64,000 nucleotides of DNA. Source: Fistulifera solaris (Eukaryota). The stretch's first letter is position 1; every line of letters starts with the position of its first letter. The notes beneath the pieces are model-generated. The model saw only the letters and a list, made by a program, of their open reading frames with translations, had not been told where the DNA came from and did no database searches. The stretch spans positions 1,674,001-1,738,000 of the forward strand of contig AP026162.1 of NCBI GenBank assembly GCA_030295235.1, written 5' to 3'. The position numbers were made by a program, and so were the translations under genes. Shown in pieces: positions 1 to 11,831 of this stretch.

Positions 1-2189
1 TCGCGACCGTAGTCAGTATTATTCTTAACAAAGTCATCAACTGACATTTTCCTATCTTCCCGAATGTTCGTATTATGTTGATCGGTGTTAAGCATGATGA
101 TGCTGAACGAGAGTAAGTATGCTGCATCGCTAGCCCGTTTAGGGTCTTCCGAAAAGAGGTTGAGTCTGCACGACTCTTCGCAGACCCTTCCGCATGAATC
201 AGCGAAAGCCTGCAAGATGCGGTCGATTTGCTGAGCTTCGCCAGGAAGACGAAACGATGCCAGGAACATACGAAGTCCATCTAACAAACTCTGTCGCTCA
301 AACTGAAACAGATTGCAGTAAGCTTGAAGAACCTCTCTGTGAAACCAATCACGCTCCCAAGTGGGAGGAGACTTTCCGGCAACAGGTGCCTTCCCAGCTT
401 CACCCAAATATGCGCCAACAGCTTTTTTATCCAAACCCACAACAATCCCATCACGAAGAAATGAAGCAACACTAGCCGGAGTTATGGGATCTTTGACCAA
501 GCCAGCGTCCAATAAAAACTCAATGCCCCTAGAAGCTTTCACGTTAAAAACTCGTGCCGCTTTTCTCAATAACCGCTTACGGCATTTAAGGTCGCGAAGG
601 AAATGGCCGTCTTCCGTTTCGAAGTTAACTTCGAACCCTACCTGACGTGATAAAATGGAGCGCCTCCTTTTCGACCTTTCCATCATTGTTTGGTCAGATG
701 CCTTGTCATCACGAAAGAGACACTTCATTGCGCCTTGGATTGCTTGAGCACATAACTCCTTTAAGTGGGCTGGCACATGCCTCCAAGGACGCTGACCCGG
801 CTTCACAACTATTAACGTATCACCGTCAATACCAGCCTCTGCAGGCGTTGCGGAAGGAGTTGAGGTGTCCTCTTCGGTATATATTGCGCTAGAAGCAGGT
901 GTCAACGCATCATCACCTTCCACGTCAGCCGAACCACCACAGCAGCGACAAAGCTCGACTATCAGACCCATAGCGACATCCGCTCGACGCATATGACAAT
1001 CATAGAATGAAAATATCGTTTCGAGTGCCCCACCATCTCCGTCCGCAATGGAATGTTGATGGTCGTGAAGACTGAAAAGATCAACCAAAGACTCGAGAAT
1101 GATTTCTACTTCGGCATCGAAAATCAAATTGGCATTGAAAGAAATAGAATCTTGTGGTTGTGGCCGCTTCCGCAGGAGAACAAGAGCACGCGTATAAAAT
1201 CCAGTAAAAATTGTTTCAAACTGAGCAACAAGGTGTTGTCTCAAAGGTAGGCATGTCCATAGAATACCCATCGTGGCGCATATTTCCGACAGCACTTCCA
1301 TGGAAACGAATCCGGGACTTATATTTGAGCTTTCGTCGTGATATGCCCATATTGCCTGTCCTGTCATCAGCAAGGATAGACACAAGTCGTCTTGGATAAT
1401 CTGAACCAAGGTGCGTTCATTCTCACTCGATTCTGTTGATGCCTCGTATGTCGTCCAGTCAACCGACTGCAAAGCCGTTCGAACCAATCTCAGACAAAGA
1501 ACACGGCTCGCGTCATGTACAATTTGCGCTTCTTGTATGGAGTCGTCGAGCGCATTACCCCCAACAAGAGGAGTGTTCAACAACTGGTTGACAAGGAACT
1601 CCATAATCGGCACGGAAGCTTTTTCGCGAAAAACCGTGTGAACTGTTTCCAACAGGACTTTCTCAAAGTGATAGCACAGCGCTGGTGAATGCACAAAAGT
1701 GTTTCGGGTTGACAAAATTGTCGTCAAAGCCTCTACCAGGTCTTTTCGATGCAAAGCGGTCACTTCAGTCCGTACCAGCAAACCCAAAACATCAGCGATC
1801 GCCATTTCCACGGCCTCGTCTGCACCTGGATCTGTCTGCTCAAATTTACAGTCCAGCACCGCTTTGGCAACTGCGGTGGGAGGAACTTGTAATGTCGCAA
1901 ATGCCGTAGGCAGCAGGCGTTGAATCGATTGCAAAGCGACTAGCGTATGAGGACCAGCTGCTCGGGGATCGACAACCACCTGAAGGAACGGGGCCGCAAG
2001 AGGGTGATTTGTAACGCCATTTTCTTCTTTTGCGTCGACCAATGTGGTGCACAGTATTCTTAGATCAATTAAATCTTGCGCCAAGTCACCGCGAGCAACG
2101 TGGGGAGGACCCCCTCGCAAAGAAGTCAAAACCCAGCTTGCTTCCTGAGAAACCTGGCGCAAAGCAGCCGTTCTTTCCGTTGATGTCAT
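1..2189 (-). CDS. GBF1: Sec7-domain ARF guanine nucleotide exchange factor, GBF1/GNOM type (runs off the window start)
   Basis: Absent from the ORF track because no stop lies in the window. Read manually from ATG 2189: MTSTERTAAL..., then PFLQVVVDPRAAGPHTLVALQSIQRLL (DCB-like) and, in the same frame, Sec7 motifs LRMFLASFRLPGEAQQIDRILQAF (~190-280) and AYLLSFSIIMLNTDQHN (~70-125). Confidence 0.9.
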   Translation of the reverse strand, partial: MTSTERTAALRQVSQEASWVLTSLRGGPPHVARGDLAQDLIDLRILCTTLVDAKEENGVTNHPLAAPFLQVVVDPRAAGPHTLVALQSIQRLLPTAFATLQVPPTAVAKAVLDCKFEQTDPGADEAVEMAIADVLGLLVRTEVTALHRKDLVEALTTILSTRNTFVHSPALCYHFEKVLLETVHTVFREKASVPIMEFLVNQLLNTPLVGGNALDDSIQEAQIVHDASRVLCLRLVRTALQSVDWTTYEASTESSENERTLVQIIQDDLCLSLLMTGQAIWAYHDESSNISPGFVSMEVLSEICATMGILWTCLPLRQHLVAQFETIFTGFYTRALVLLRKRPQPQDSISFNANLIFDAEVEIILESLVDLFSLHDHQHSIADGDGGALETIFSFYDCHMRRADVAMGLIVELCRCCGGSADVEGDDALTPASSAIYTEEDTSTPSATPAEAGIDGDTLIVVKPGQRPWRHVPAHLKELCAQAIQGAMKCLFRDDKASDQTMMERSKRRRSILSRQVGFEVNFETEDGHFLRDLKCRKRLLRKAARVFNVKASRGIEFLLDAGLVKDPITPASVASFLRDGIVVGLDKKAVGAYLGEAGKAPVAGKSPPTWERDWFHREVLQAYCNLFQFERQSLLDGLRMFLASFRLPGEAQQIDRILQAFADSCGRVCEESCRLNLFSEDPKRASDAAYLLSFSIIMLNTDQHNTNIREDRKMSVDDFVKNNTDYGR

Positions 2190-2537
2190 AAATCTTTATC
2201 GCAAGTTGGAATTGATTTCAAGCAAAAGGCACAGAGAAACGATAAAGGCAGAGGGTCTTTATAATGGCAATGCAAAACGGAGAGGCCCGCGACGCACACA
2301 CGATGAGAAAGAGAAAAGTCTTATTGCCTCGGGCGATGACAGGCGGTGAGCAGGTCATGAGGAGTCATGACAAGACTCATGAATCATGAATCATGAGTTA
2401 TCATGACTGATTGTCGCAGTTGACGCCTGTATGGCGGAAGAGTATACCGGCGTGACGATGATCCGATACTGTACGGAAGAAGCCTCTCGTTTTCAACTTC
2501 GTGGAAATCACTGCAATACGTCAAACGAATGAAAAAG

Positions 2538-3463
2538 GCAACGCTTCGAATGTCTACGTTTATTTCACGTAGCTCTCGTAGGGAAATTTATCGACAGAGG
2601 GGCAACCCGGATATTGCGTAATTTCGATCACGCCATTGTTCGCGTCTTTTGGACACCAATGTCATCGATACTTTGTCCGTCATCGTTAATGCATGTCATT
2701 GAGCAATGATCAACTTTGATTTATCACTGAAACATGAAATAGTAAAAAGATACAACGCTCCCAGTGTCTACGCTCATTTCACGTAGCCGTCGTAAGAAAT
2801 TTATCTCTGCAGGGGTACCCGGATATTGAACATTTCGCCATCATCCAATTCTTATACTTACAGTGAACAGATATCAACGTTTTTCTTGCGCAATGTATTG
2901 GATTCGTATCGTTAAGCAATAATCGCCATCGAGTTGAAAACAAAACGTTCATGGAACGAACAATGCAACGCTTCGAATGTCTACGTTTATTTCACGTAGC
3001 TCTCGTAGGGAAATTTATCGACAGAGGGGCAACCCGGATATTGCGTAATTTCGATCACGCCATTGTTCGCGTCTTTTGGACACCAATGTCATCGATACTT
3101 TGTCCGTCATCGTTAATGCATGTCATTGAGCAATGATCAACTTTGATTTATCACTGAAACATGAAATAGTAAAAAGATACAACGCTCCCAGTGTCTACGC
3201 TCATTTCACGTAGCCGTCGTAAGAAATTTATCTCTGCAGGGGTACCCGGATATTGAACATTTCGCCATCATCCAATTCTTATACTTACAGTGAACAGATA
3301 TCAACGTTTTTCTTGCGCAATGTATTGGATTCGTATCGTTAAGCAATAATCGCCATCGAGTTGAAAACAAAACGTTCATGGAACGAACAATGCAACGCTT
3401 CGAATGTCTACGTTTATTTCACGTAGCTCTCGTAGGGAAATTTATCGACAGAGGGGAACCCGG
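2538..3463. repeat. Tandem repeat, 427-bp unit x ~2.2; each unit is a dimer of diverged ~213-bp monomers
   Basis: GCAACGCTTCGAATGTCTACG starts at 2538, 2965 and 3392. A variant core ACAACGCTCCCAGTGTCTACG occurs at ~2751 and ~3178. Confidence 0.95.
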
Positions 3464-3774
3464 AGTTTTCCCTACACTTACTTGTATACATACAAAGTAT
3501 CTACTTCCCGCCATAAAGGGTATAGTTTTATTTCCGTTGCTAGTCTAATGTTTAGTCGATGTTGTACCGCTACGATGTCAGAAATGCGGTGCAACTCTGG
3601 CGGGAAAAACAATGAAATAATGCGCTGCACGAGAAAAATGCAGTGAAGAGTGAAAAATGAAGACGATAATATCTGCATTCTTGCATTGCTTGTTTACAGC
3701 TTGCATTTTCCAAAAAAAAACGCTGAAACATTTGAGTGATAGAGTTGAAGAAGAAACAACACAACGAAGGAGCA

Positions 3775-6700
3775 ATGCCAGTTTCTTACTTAGAATTGGA
3801 GAATTTCAAATCGTACGCTGGACGGCAGAAGATCGGCCCATTCAAGTCTTTTACCGCAGGTTCGTCTATCCGGGATGGTGTATTCGCTTTAATGTTTGTT
3901 TATACGTCTAACTTTTTTTGTTCTATTAAATAGTAATTGGGCCTAATGGATCTGGCAAGTCAAATCTCATGGACGCAATCTCATTTGTCTTGGGTGTCCA
4001 GTCGCGTGACTTGCGATCGTCTCAGCTGAAGGATTTAATCCACCGCAGTCCCCACAACACTGCGGGACAACTTTCTTGCAGAGTGACTCTTGTCTATGAA
4101 CACGAGGATGACGAAGAGGAGGAAGGTGAAACGCATTTCGGTCGACGCATTGATCCGAGCGGTCACGGCACGTATTTCGTCAACCACGAGACTGTCACCT
4201 ATGCAAAGTATGTCGAAGCATTATCGAGAATTGGCGTCTTGGTAAAAGCTCGCAACTTTCTTGTGTTTCAAGGGGATGTAGAGGCTCTGGCACGCAAGAC
4301 ACCCGCGGAGTTGACACAGTTGTTCGAAACGGTTTCCCGATCGGTCGAGTACAAGGACGAATACGAGAAAGCTGCCGAAAGAGCCACGGAAGCGGAGCAG
4401 TCCGCGCTTCATTCCCTGCGACAGCAAAAAGTACTTCGACAAGAACGAAAGCTGCTACAAGAGCAGAAGAACGAGGCAGAAAAGTTTCAGCGTTTGTTGG
4501 AAAAGAAAAGGATGCTGCAAACTGATCTATACCTATGGCAGCTTTATCACTTGGAACAAGAGCGACAAGAGAAGCAAACATCGGTGGATGAAGCGAAGGA
4601 AGAACTGGAGGAACAACTCAAAGCGGAATCAGAGGCATCCAAAGCTTTAGCTGCGGCCAAGAAAGAAGCGAGTACGGTTCGACGACAATATCAACAAGCC
4701 GAGAAGAAACGGGTTCAGTGCTCGGCATCGGTCGATCAACTAGACACGGCGCTTCTGCAAAGTAAGCAACAGGTCGACTCACTACAGAAGAAATTGACTC
4801 AGGATGAAAAGAATCTGGAATCACAGCACGAAAAGGCTGAGAAACACAGTGAGACGCTTCAGTCTATGAAAGACGAAATAGTAGAGTTCCGATCGACTTT
4901 GGAGGAACTGGAGAAAGATTATGCTAGTATAAAGCAATCCGTGGCTGAGGTCTCCCTGACTTCAGAGCAAGAGAAAGAGTACGAAAGGGTTCGTGAAGCT
5001 GCTGCGGCTGCTAGTTCCGAACCGAAACGTAAGCTAGTTGCTTTGCAGCGACAGCTCGAATCTGCACGCTCCAAGGCGGCTACCCAAGACCAAGAGTATC
5101 AAGATGCGTTGAAGCAAGCTCGAGAACTTGAGAAGGATGTTGCTGATTTCACGGAACGTCGAGACAAACTCGTCGAGGTAAGTCGATAATCTAAATTTGC
5201 AGTTTCTTGCGATTGTCGATCATTCTAACTATCCTTTGAAGCATCTTGAGAAAACCAAAAGTGACGTCCAAGCTACTGAGGAAGAACTTCGGTCGCTCCA
5301 GGCCACAAGCCGCGAGACGCAGAAACGTCGCGAAGAAATCGATATGGAACTTGAAAAGATAGCACAAAGTCTGCGCACAGCAAGCAATGATAACCGTGCA
5401 AATCGCGAAGAGGAGAAGTTGCAGGCAGCTATCGCATCGTTGCAGCGAAACTTTTCTGGAGTACATGGCCGTCTGATAGATTTGTGTCGACCTGCGCAGA
5501 AAAAGTTCAACCTTGCGGTGACCGTGGCTGCAGGAAAAGATATGGATGCTGTTGTTGTTGATACGCTAAAAACTGGAAAGGAATGTATTGAGTATTTACG
5601 GGCGCAACGAGTCGGTACCGCTACATTCTTGCCGCTGGATAGCTTGGAGACTCCTAAGCCGCAGTCAACGGAAGCCCTTCGAGCGCAAATTAGCGGAGAT
5701 AACAGGTACCGCCTCGCCATTGACGTCATAAATGTAGACGATATGTACCGACCAGCCGTGCACTACGCGGTCGGAAACACTGTCGTGGCAGACGATTTAG
5801 ACTGTGCCCGTGAGCTTTGTTTTGGTGACAATTCGGGTTCCCAACAAGGGCAAGCACGCGTGAAAGCTGTCACCCTAGGCGGCTCAGTCATTAGTAAAGC
5901 TGGTACGATGACTGGTGGTGTCACAAAAGATGACGACAAGAAAGCTTCGCGGTGGAAAGACAAGGAAGTAGAGAAGCTACGTGATATGCAGCAGAAGCTT
6001 GAAGCCGAGAGGGTGGAACTTGACTCCGCTAGTCGTCGCGGTGAAAGCATGCAATCTCAACTGGAAGAACTCCGCAATAATTTGGGACGTCTTCGGAACC
6101 TCGAACAGTATTCGACGAGTGATCTGGTTTACACGAAGAACCAACTAGCCGAAAAGGAAACCTTGTACAAGTCTACGAAGAAGACACTACAAGCTCTGGA
6201 GAAAAGAGCATCCGCAGATGACAAAATCGTCGAAAAACTGAAGAAGGACGTTGAGGAAGCGCGCCGCAAAGTTGTCGCTGCAGAAGATGAACATCTTGCT
6301 CCCTTCCGACAAGCAACTGGACTGAAGGACTTGAAAGCTTATGAAGACAAGATCGGCAAAAACCGAGATGAATACAACGAAAAGAAAAGAACGATTGTCG
6401 AGCACATTACCCAGTTGGAGCAGCAGCTGACGTACGAGGAAGGTCGCAACTTTTCTGAGAATATCAAATCGACCGAGAAGCGGGTTGAAAACCGGAAAAA
6501 GCAACTTGCGAAGGCAAAGAAAAATCTTGTTGAGAAGCAGAACGAATTGAAAGCTGCGCAAGTGCTTTTGGCCGAAGCCGAATCGGCGGTAGAGGAGGCT
6601 GCTCAGGGTGAAAAGGGTGTTGATGCATCGGTGGAAGCATTCCAGGACCAATATTCGGCTGCTCATTCAAAACGAACCGACATCGCTAAAAACGTGAGTA

Positions 6701-8041
6701 ACTTAGAAGCGAGTCTTGAACGGCTCCGTGCTAAGTTGCACGAAACGTTACAGAAGGCGCGGGTCGAGGAGGTTGAACTTCCTATGGTTGGTTCACCGAA
6801 TAACAGGGCTATTGGATCGCGACGAAATCGGTCTCGTCGTTTCTCGTCTGGCGACGACGAAGAAGAGGAAGGAAGCGACGATGAGGAATCGGGAACGGAG
6901 GTGATGACCCAGCCTTCCGCGACCACAGAGATGCCATTTACGCAAGAGAGTCGAACCCACACCCACTTTTCGCAGCGCAATAACCCTGTTGTTGTTCGCG
7001 ATCAACGTGAAGCATCTAAAGTGGACTTTTCGGAAATGCGGGATGATTTGAAACATCGTTTGTCGGATCGTGAAGAGAAGAAGATGCGCAAGGAATTTGA
7101 TGATAAAATTGAGCAGGTTTCAGCGGAAATTGAACGCATTACACCCAACATGAAGGTAGGAACATTTGGTTGTCGAAGACCTTCACTCTTCTTGCACTAA
7201 CACTTTTGATTTTTCAAACTCATCACAGGCCAGTGAATCTTTCTCTGCAGCGACCCAAAAAAGTAAAAGAAGGCAACTCTGATTACGAAAAGGCAAAGGA
7301 AAATGCAAACAAGGCCGCCCAGGAGTTTCAAAAGATTAAGGAAAAGCGCGCTAAGCGTTTTAACGACGCTTTCGAAGCGATTGACGAGGCGCTGAAAACA
7401 ATCTACACCGATATGACTCGGAGCAGTAAGCATCCTCTCGGTGGTAATGCATTTTTGAGCCTTGACGATACTGACGAGCCCTTCAAGAGTGGAATCAAGT
7501 TCAACGCGATGCCTCCAATGAAACGATTCCGCGACATGGACCAACTCAGCGGTGGAGAGAAGACAGTTGCTGCCCTTTCACTCCTTTTGCCATTCATTCG
7601 TACCAACCGGCGCCGTTCTTCGTGATGGATGAGGTGGATGCTGCTCTGGATAATGTGAATCTTCGCAAGGTGTGCAACTACATTCGTCAGCGAAGTCAGA
7701 CCGATTTTCAGTGCATTGTCATCAGCTTGAAAGATATCTTTTACGAGCAGAGTGAAAGCCTGGTGGGAATTTGTCGCGATGTTGGGACGAACTCGAGCCG
7801 CACACTTACGCTTGATCTCACCAAGTTCGACAATCCCATTGGACGTACCGGTGCTCCCAGCAGCAGCAAGAAACGGTCCAGTGACGCGTCCACACGACAA
7901 ACCCTCTCTCCTCCGTTCAGTACGGAATCTACAAAGAAGAAGGTACGCTTGTCGACTTCTGCCTCTGACGTTCGTTCGCCGCTTCGCAATCGTCGACTGA
8001 ACGAGACTATCTATGATGACGATATTTCCACTCGCTCCTGA
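3775..8041 (+). CDS. SMC1: Cohesin subunit SMC1 (3 introns; apparent frameshifts near 7250 and 7590)
   Basis: LELENFKSY; Walker [11 protein letters not shown] across intron 3860-3933; [13 protein letters not shown]; hinge region; [18 protein letters not shown] signature; DEVDAALD Walker B. Other introns at ~5178-5241 and ~7156-7228. Confidence 0.95.
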
Positions 8042-8128
8042 AAGATATGAAGCTCTAGTAGTGTAATTGAATTATATAGTATTCGAAAGACATAGGAACC
8101 TAGTCTATTGAGCTCTTACAACCTGTAA

Positions 8129-8850
8129 TTAGCGCCAAGAGCGACCCGTATCGCGGCCTGTATCGCGACTTTTCGGTTTCCGCTCCTCTCGTTCTCCCCA
8201 GGAACCGGAACGTCGTGTCTCTCCATGCGCCGACGAACGCGCTTCAGCAGATTTCGGTTTCCACACCTGCGTGTTTCGGAACGATGATTTGTCTTGAATG
8301 GAGTTTTGATGGGGTTTGAACTCCATGTTGGCGTGATTCGGCAATTGAAGCACTTTTTAATCGCATCTCGAATGCGATCTACCATGTCACGATCCGATGC
8401 CGTCTTGTTCCAAACACCGAGAATATCCTCGCCGTAGCGGATCGATAGAACAGCTCCGCAAATCTCACCATCAGGGACTCCGGAGAATTGACCACCAATC
8501 AGAGCCAGCATGATTTCTTCCCAGTACCGACTGGACAGCCCCTTGGGCAAGCGCACAATCCACTTTCCTCCTTTCGCATTGCTCGGGTCTTCCCACGTGG
8601 GTTTGATACCTCCTCGAAAGAAGTGATAATCCGTTGTAGTGGGAAGCTCGCTTGGGCGCTTCAAGAAGTCATACGTTTCCCAGAAGTCTTCTACGGTATC
8701 AACCGAGGTGATCGTTTTGATGGCGTTTTCGTACGGATGGGCTGGTTGCGATTCTTGTTTCTGTTCCCCTTCCTCCGTCTTGGGCTTGTTTCCGCCGCGT
8801 CTCATGTACGAGAAGACAAAATTGGTTTGAAGTGGTGTTTTGCCGGTCAT
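8129..8850 (-). CDS. EIF4E2: Translation initiation factor 4E, class II (4EHP/nCBP-like); frameshift ~8355
   Basis: TVEDFWETY, DYHFFRGGIKPTWEDPSNAKGGKWIVR, WEEIMLALIG, GVWNKTAS. Tyr/Phe appear to replace the N-terminal Trp residues, as in class II. Confidence 0.85.
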
Positions 8851-9164
8851 ATTATCTTGCTTATGGAGAGTAATCGAATTCAAGATGTCTTCATATGGTT
8901 TGATCTTTTCTGCACCGCGAGAAGCGAGAGGCGAGAGCGACGAGCCGCAGCTTTTGCAAAGGTTTTTTGCGTGTCGCACCGACCTCACATTTTGCTATTA
9001 ACGGTAAGACACTTTTATCAGGACGACTATAGCGTAAAGAGTAAACGACGTTTTTAACGACTCAAATAAAATCAGTCCCGACTTCAATCTGCAAAGAAAA
9101 ACTATAGCGATAGTAGCCTAGACCCGATAGAAGAATGAATAGCAGAATGACTTGTATGTTATTA

Positions 9165-11495
9165 TTACTCTTCGTGTTCGCTCTGCTTTTCGTTATTCAG
9201 AGACATTCGCAGCGAAGCAGCTAAAGCAGCCTCTTGATCCCGATCTAAGACACACGATTTCCAATGTGCCAATTGAGGCTTTCCCAAAACCGCCGCCAAA
9301 ATTTCCCGCCCAAATTGTAATGGGACTCGCACACCACTATCGGTGTTGTGCTTGTAAAGAAATCTTTTGTAACAATTACGGCTGTCAGGCACTTCGATGT
9401 AAAAGTACCCAGCGCTATCGTCATCATCGGTAATTACAGCTTTTAGGTTCAGATCCGATGAGAGCTCCCGCAAATGTACTCCAATCTTGTTGGCTTGTGC
9501 CATCATAGTAGCCTGCAGCTTCACACCTAGTCCGCGTTCTACAGGAACGCATTGAACGTGCGTGTGATAGCCGTGAATGGTTTCGATGGCACGTTCAAAT
9601 ACAAACAAATCCATGTCGTATGCTCGGGACGCGTGTTCGCGTAGCATTCGTTTGGTGGACTCGATCTCCTCCGCCACGGCGGGATCCGCGAAGGCTCCTT
9701 TACTGCTATGGTGTACGGGTATTAGAAGCACGTGCCCGGGGTGTACCGGTCCTTTAGGCATGGCTGAATAACACAGATCATATACGCCCGTGATCAGATG
9801 TTTTTCGCAGTCTTCCGATGCTAAGCAAAACCAGCAATCTTTACGAGAATCCGCTGGGAAATGTTGACGCTCAAAACGAAAGCCTGAGGAGTCTTCGATT
9901 ATGCCATTCTCCCGTTTATCTGCTTTTGCCCAATGCAAATAGAGGCCGTCCAAGTCTTGTGAAGGCTTGCCTGTTGCGTCTGTAAGAAGTCGACCACCAT
10001 CGGTACTACCGGTCAATGTAGCCAGCGCCATACTAGCGGCTGCATGCGAAGCGAAATCCATGAAACCGAAAAATGCTCCGTCTTGCGGTAGCCTTGCTTG
10101 GACTCGAAGGGCAGGTTCTGTTTCGGCAGTCACTTTTTCTGTATCGTCAGGCCCCGCCAGTGCATCCTCCAAAGTGTTCTCCATCCACTTCCGTAGGTTC
10201 TCGCAAGCTAACTTTACATCAAAAACAGAAGGAGGCAATTTAAAGTAGACAGTTGATGAATCTTTTGCCTCACTTTCCGTCAAACGCTGCCGCTTGCTGT
10301 CCGCATTACTCGTTTTCCCGCTGCTGCTACCCCATTTCAAGGTTAATTCCACTCCTTCTACTCGTACATGGCCTCCGAATTGCTCTAAGCACTTTTCGGC
10401 GTGTTCATGAGTCGCGAACTCTAAAAAGCAGAAGCTACTGCTACTCGCTGGTCGCCGAATTGATTGCAGATTGAACTTGGAAAAGACATTTTGCAACAAA
10501 GGATCCCCCGATTCAGCAAGCTGCAGTCTTCCCGATACATCATAATGCAAACCGTGAACAAATAATGTTGTGCAGTTTGGATCCACTTCAATTGGAGTGT
10601 CATCATTTCTGGAGCGCTTCGTTGCCCAACGATGTTGTTGCGGCTGATCTCTGGTCCGTTCTTCATTCATAATACGTCGAATACTGGCTTCCGACAAATT
10701 AGCACCGGCCGACTTACCGTTCCCGTTCAGTGGTTCGTTCATTTTCTGGTACGACGTGTCCGTGAACGGGCACGGTTGAACGACGGCAGGTCGTTGTTCG
10801 TTCAGTTCGGCAGTGCTCATGGAGTGAAGAGGCGATATTCCAACGGCGTGGACATATTTCGTGTCTTTTGTAGAATTGTTTCGAATCGGCGCAATAGACA
10901 AAAATCGCCCCACGTGAAGTGTTTTCACAGTATGAGTAATCGAAGGCAAATGATCAAAGGCAGTGGATTGTTGAAAGGAGTCTCCAACGGATACATGATA
11001 ACGTGCTCGCGCTTGGAGTGCTACGTGCGCGACGTCAAATGACATGAGAACGTTGGTTGCAGCATTCATACAGCTCTCAATCCCTTGAGGCCATTCGTGG
11101 CTGAGTAATAAGTCGCAACCGGTATAGGATGCATGCTTGAAATGATTCATTAAGTCTGATTGTGAGTCGACGCGTATATTCCAAGGTAGCGTCGCAACAA
11201 TCAGATCCCCCTTGTTGGTGATAGATATGCTCTTCACTCCCGTCAAGAGAACGTGCAAATTGGTGGCTAAATTCACTATATTGTCACATTCTTGTGCACC
11301 TTTCAGGCCGTGGAGATAGACAGGAAAAGGAAAATCGCTTTCTTTCAAAGAATCAATAGTAGAACGACCGACAACAAACGCAACATCGAAGGGCCCCGCC
11401 TTGCTCGAATGTAGAGCGTTTATCTTTGACACAAACAGTTTTTCGCTTTCCGGATCGAAGATGGGACCAAAGAGCAGTATCTTGATCTTGCTCAT
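9165..11495 (-). CDS. CWF19L1: CWF19-like protein 1 (metallophosphatase-like N-terminus, two RRM-like domains, CwfJ C-terminus)
   Basis: KAGPFDVAFVVG, DLLLSHEWPQGI, CWFCLAS, HVLLIPVHH, HTHVQCVPV, QFGREILA, WKSC; RNP1-like FCFLEF and FGFMDF. Confidence 0.88.
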   Translation of the reverse strand: MSKIKILLFGPIFDPESEKLFVSKINALHSSKAGPFDVAFVVGRSTIDSLKESDFPFPVYLHGLKGAQECDNIVNLATNLHVLLTGVKSISITNKGDLIVATLPWNIRVDSQSDLMNHFKHASYTGCDLLLSHEWPQGIESCMNAATNVLMSFDVAHVALQARARYHVSVGDSFQQSTAFDHLPSITHTVKTLHVGRFLSIAPIRNNSTKDTKYVHAVGISPLHSMSTAELNEQRPAVVQPCPFTDTSYQKMNEPLNGNGKSAGANLSEASIRRIMNEERTRDQPQQHRWATKRSRNDDTPIEVDPNCTTLFVHGLHYDVSGRLQLAESGDPLLQNVFSKFNLQSIRRPASSSSFCFLEFATHEHAEKCLEQFGGHVRVEGVELTLKWGSSSGKTSNADSKRQRLTESEAKDSSTVYFKLPPSVFDVKLACENLRKWMENTLEDALAGPDDTEKVTAETEPALRVQARLPQDGAFFGFMDFASHAAASMALATLTGSTDGGRLLTDATGKPSQDLDGLYLHWAKADKRENGIIEDSSGFRFERQHFPADSRKDCWFCLASEDCEKHLITGVYDLCYSAMPKGPVHPGHVLLIPVHHSSKGAFADPAVAEEIESTKRMLREHASRAYDMDLFVFERAIETIHGYHTHVQCVPVERGLGVKLQATMMAQANKIGVHLRELSSDLNLKAVITDDDDSAGYFYIEVPDSRNCYKRFLYKHNTDSGVRVPLQFGREILAAVLGKPQLAHWKSCVLDRDQEAALAASLRMSLNNEKQSEHEE

Positions 11496-11831
11496 GGTAA
11501 GAGAGACAACTTGCAATGCTTGTAACTTTATTCAATCGCCGACCTCCTTTATGTGGTGTGCAAGCAAAAATAATGTTTTTGTTTTTCTCTCTTTTGTAAA
11601 CCTGCATCCGGGACAGGTACCAAATGAATCACGATTCGGATCCGTTTCCACTACTATAGAGCAAAATGTAGTCTCGTTTCATTTCGGTCTGTAGGTGTGT
11701 CCGTCGGACGAGGCATCGCTTTTCACCACCGATCCGAAACATTCCAAAAAGCGCTCTCACCTCCCATCAACAAGTCGATGGAATTTTCTTCTGTTTGTTG
11801 GATTGGAGTCACAGTTATCCGATAAACGAGG

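Noticed and set aside
194..2052. Numerous short ORFs in the track
   Set aside because: They are shadows of the long minus-strand Sec7 ORF (1-2189).
2538..3463. CRISPR array or snRNA/5S gene cluster
   Set aside because: Spacers are duplicated and mutually homologous. No U1, U2, U5, U6 or 5S signature or Sm site was recognised.
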